64,000 nucleotides of DNA. Origin: Felis catus. Its lineage: Eukaryota. Shown one piece after another: positions 62,495-64,000 of the stretch (its first letter is position 1; every line of letters begins with the position of its first letter). The notes beneath the pieces are model-generated. The model was not told where the DNA came from. It was given only the letters and a program-made list of their open reading frames with translations, and made no database searches. The stretch covers positions 134,914,001 through 134,978,000 of the forward strand of contig NC_058368.1 in the NCBI RefSeq assembly GCF_018350175.1. Reading direction: 5' to 3'. A program made the translations under genes and the position numbers.

Positions 62495-62680
62495 ACATAT
62501 TCAAGTAATAATTATTGAGCGTCTATGATGGGCCAGGACCTGTTAGGGGCTGGCCACATGATAGTGAGTAAGAGGGGTATCATCCTTGCCTCATCAAACT
62601 TTTATGGGGGGAGTCAGACACTAAACAAATAATTATAGTTAATTAAATATTTACAGCTGATTTAAGAACTACAAAGAGAA
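62495..62680 (-). mobile_element. L2 LINE 3' end
   Basis: attattgagcgtctatgatgggccagg...tccttgcctcat...cagacactaaacaaataatta. Confidence 0.7.
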
Positions 62681-63524
62681 GGACAAACCTCTAGATCCCA
62701 AGCACCCGGCCCAGCACTATATATATATATGCATAATAAATATTTGTCGATTGTCTGCTGTTGCACAGGTTATCTGCATTGGCAGTAAATGCCCAAGTAC
62801 ATTCTGGGAATAGGTACGGGGCAAGAAAAAGACTGTCAGATAATTTGAAGGAACCTTGGCTTAGACAAAGTCAAACGGGCTTCCTTAATGCAGGACCTCC
62901 CCAGATTTTAACCTGCTAATGTATCCCGTGGCTCCCTAAGGCAGCTTTCTGGGGTACACAAGGTGCCCAGGCACTTCCCTCCTGCAGCGTGCCAGGGAGC
63001 CTACCCTGGGGACGCACTCTGGGAACCACTCTTCTGAGTGTGTCAGGTGGAACTTCAGGGCTCCCATGTGAAGGAGGCAAGCGTCCTACTTTCCCAGTGC
63101 TGGCAGCTGGCAGACTCCTGGAGAGTCTGGGGCCGACCTGGGTAACACAGTCCCGTCCCTTGCCCAGGGAACACTCCCCCTGCCCCCTAGCTATGGAGAA
63201 CAAGGGGAGAAGCAGAGCCAGAGGATCCCTTCTTCGGTGAAGACGAATGGGCCTGATGCACTTGAGATATGAAGGGGCAGAAATGAGAACTGCCATTTGA
63301 GTGCCTGGTGACTTTGCTTGGCACCACATGGGGTTCAAGGTCAGGGTAAGGGCACCGCCTCTATGTGTGATGCCTTTCTATCAGAGCCTTTGGCTGCCAG
63401 CATACTAGGTATACTAGTAAGAGGAAGTGGCTGTGCACACCGTCATGAAACGTGGCAGTAAAAGAGGATCTCAGGAATTATCCGGACTGAAAACGCAGAC
63501 CCGTTGCTCCCATTTAGGGCTGTA

Positions 63525-63624
63525 TGGGACCCACGCATATCAAAAAATTCTTTGTTGCTCATCTGAAATTGAAATTTTACCCGGCATTCCACGTTTTTAT
63601 TTTTATTCACAATCTGACAGCCCT
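63525..63624. mobile_element. MER53-like hAT MITE, one arm
   Basis: aaaaaattctttgttgctcatctgaaattgaaatttta...atctgacagccct. Confidence 0.6.
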
Positions 63625-63862
63625 CAGTTTTGCCCACGGGGTGCTGGGCTTTGAATACAAGGGGCCACCCTGCAGGTGCCACGTGGGCCAGAAGCAGCCC
63701 ACTGCCGCTGCTGTGCAGATGTGCAGGACAGATCTTGCCCGGAGGTCCTCCTTGGCCGAGGTCCACTGCTGGGGAGGAGGTCAAGTCCACACCTCTCGTT
63801 TCAAAAACCAGGAAAAAGAGGGGTTTTGTCAGCAATTTTTTGTGGAGGGGAACAGACTAGAT

Positions 63863-64000
63863 CAGTGATTCCGAACCAGGGGCAGTCTGGCAGCGTCTGG
63901 AGACTGTTTTGGTTATCACAGCTGGGGGTGAGGCCCAGTATTACTGGCATCTAGTGGGTAGAGGCCAGGATAAACATCCTACAGCACGCGGGACAGCTCT
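63863..64000 (+). mobile_element. MER20 hAT-Charlie element (runs off the window end)
   Basis: cagtgattccgaaccaggggcag...gtctggagac...ttggttatcaca...actggcatctagtgggtagaggccaggat. Confidence 0.85.

Noticed and set aside
1..64000. CRISPR arrays, operons, defence systems or other prokaryotic features
   Set aside because: The sequence is mammalian; recurring ~200-bp units are dispersed SINEs with TSDs, not regularly spaced repeat-spacer arrays

Overview
Mammalian nuclear DNA from a felid (cat-lineage carnivore), shown by about 25 tRNA-Lys-derived CanSINEs including near-consensus SINEC_Fc copies. The window looks intergenic or intronic and repeat-rich: CanSINEs, MIR, L2, L3/CR1, HAL1, old L1 relics, MaLR/ERVL solo LTRs, hAT MER elements and microsatellites. 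I recognise no protein-coding gene, RNA gene, CRISPR array or other prokaryotic-type system; the ORF track is explained by repeats or chance. Repeat family names come from remembered consensus sequences, not a database search, and boundaries of old elements are approximate. The best leads are all modest: a cluster of five AP-1 sites (16.7-19.2 kb), several homeodomain-motif-rich unique blocks, a possible MER121-like ancient element (47.5-47.9 kb), an unexplained CpG-rich patch (40.5-41.1 kb), a ~420-bp polypyrimidine tract with a 140-bp higher-order period, four SINE-into-SINE insertions, and a speculative two-exon hydrophobic ORF on the minus strand (60.3-60.5 kb joined to 52.9-53.1 kb). Nothing here amounts to a supported novel biological system.
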